From: Camelus ferus
Lineage: Eukaryota
Direction: 5' to 3'
DNA length: 64,000 nucleotides
Assembly: GCF_009834535.1 (NCBI RefSeq)
Contig: NC_045701.1
Location: forward strand, 73,408,001-73,472,000
Part shown: positions 63,880 to 64,000 of the stretch, piece after piece
Position numbering within the stretch: the first letter of the stretch is position 1
Layout of the letters: each line of letters begins with the position of its first letter
Translations under genes and position numbers: made by a program
The notes under the pieces: generated by a model
Databases searched by the model: none
The model's input: the letters and a program-made list of their open reading frames with translations, nothing else
Told to the model about the DNA's origin: nothing

Positions 63880-64000
63880 TGCTTCGACATATGCAACTTA
63901 ATTTCAGTAACTCAGCAATGCCCGCGGCGCCTCTGTGTGTGCGCGTGCGCATTAATACGCGTGCTCACACGTGCACTCTTTGCGTATAGGGAGGCACACA
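63880..64000. promoter_or_regulatory. Edge of a CpG-rich promoter-like element with NRF1 site and E-box
   Basis: Minus-strand TGCGCACGCGCA (63940-63951) matches the NRF1 consensus YGCGCAYGCGCR exactly; CACGTG at 63968-63973; dense CpGs. Confidence 0.55.

Noticed and set aside
1-64000. Prokaryotic-type systems (CRISPR arrays, operons, defence or retron loci) or a foreign inserted cassette
   Set aside because: No regularly spaced repeats, no ORF over 140 aa, and mammalian repeats occur throughout with no compositional break

Overview
Placental-mammal, AT-rich non-coding DNA. I found no recognisable protein-coding exon, RNA gene or prokaryotic system. The window holds many ancient interspersed repeats (MIR, L2, MaLR/ERVL solo LTRs, hAT MITEs) and one younger 5'-truncated L1 of cetartiodactyl type. 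I saw no order-specific tRNA SINE (Bov-tA, CHR, PRE, SINEC, ERE, Alu), which tentatively suggests a camelid-like genome. Poly-T runs far outnumber poly-A runs on +, and 6 of 7 LTRs lie on the minus strand, suggesting a long intron or 5' region of a + strand gene that I could not identify. The most notable non-repeat element is a CpG-retaining promoter-like block at about 15.4-16.3 kb. It contains a minus-strand exon candidate with an ATG-to-donor open frame, a G-run cluster just past that donor, and a near-consensus CTCF site about 1.5 kb to its right. Other candidates are several + strand exon-like units, a HOX/PBX motif cluster near 43 kb, and a CpG-rich NRF1/E-box edge at the window end. 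Repeat family names come from remembered consensus sequences, not a database search, and most repeat boundaries are approximate. No convincing novel multi-gene system is evident.
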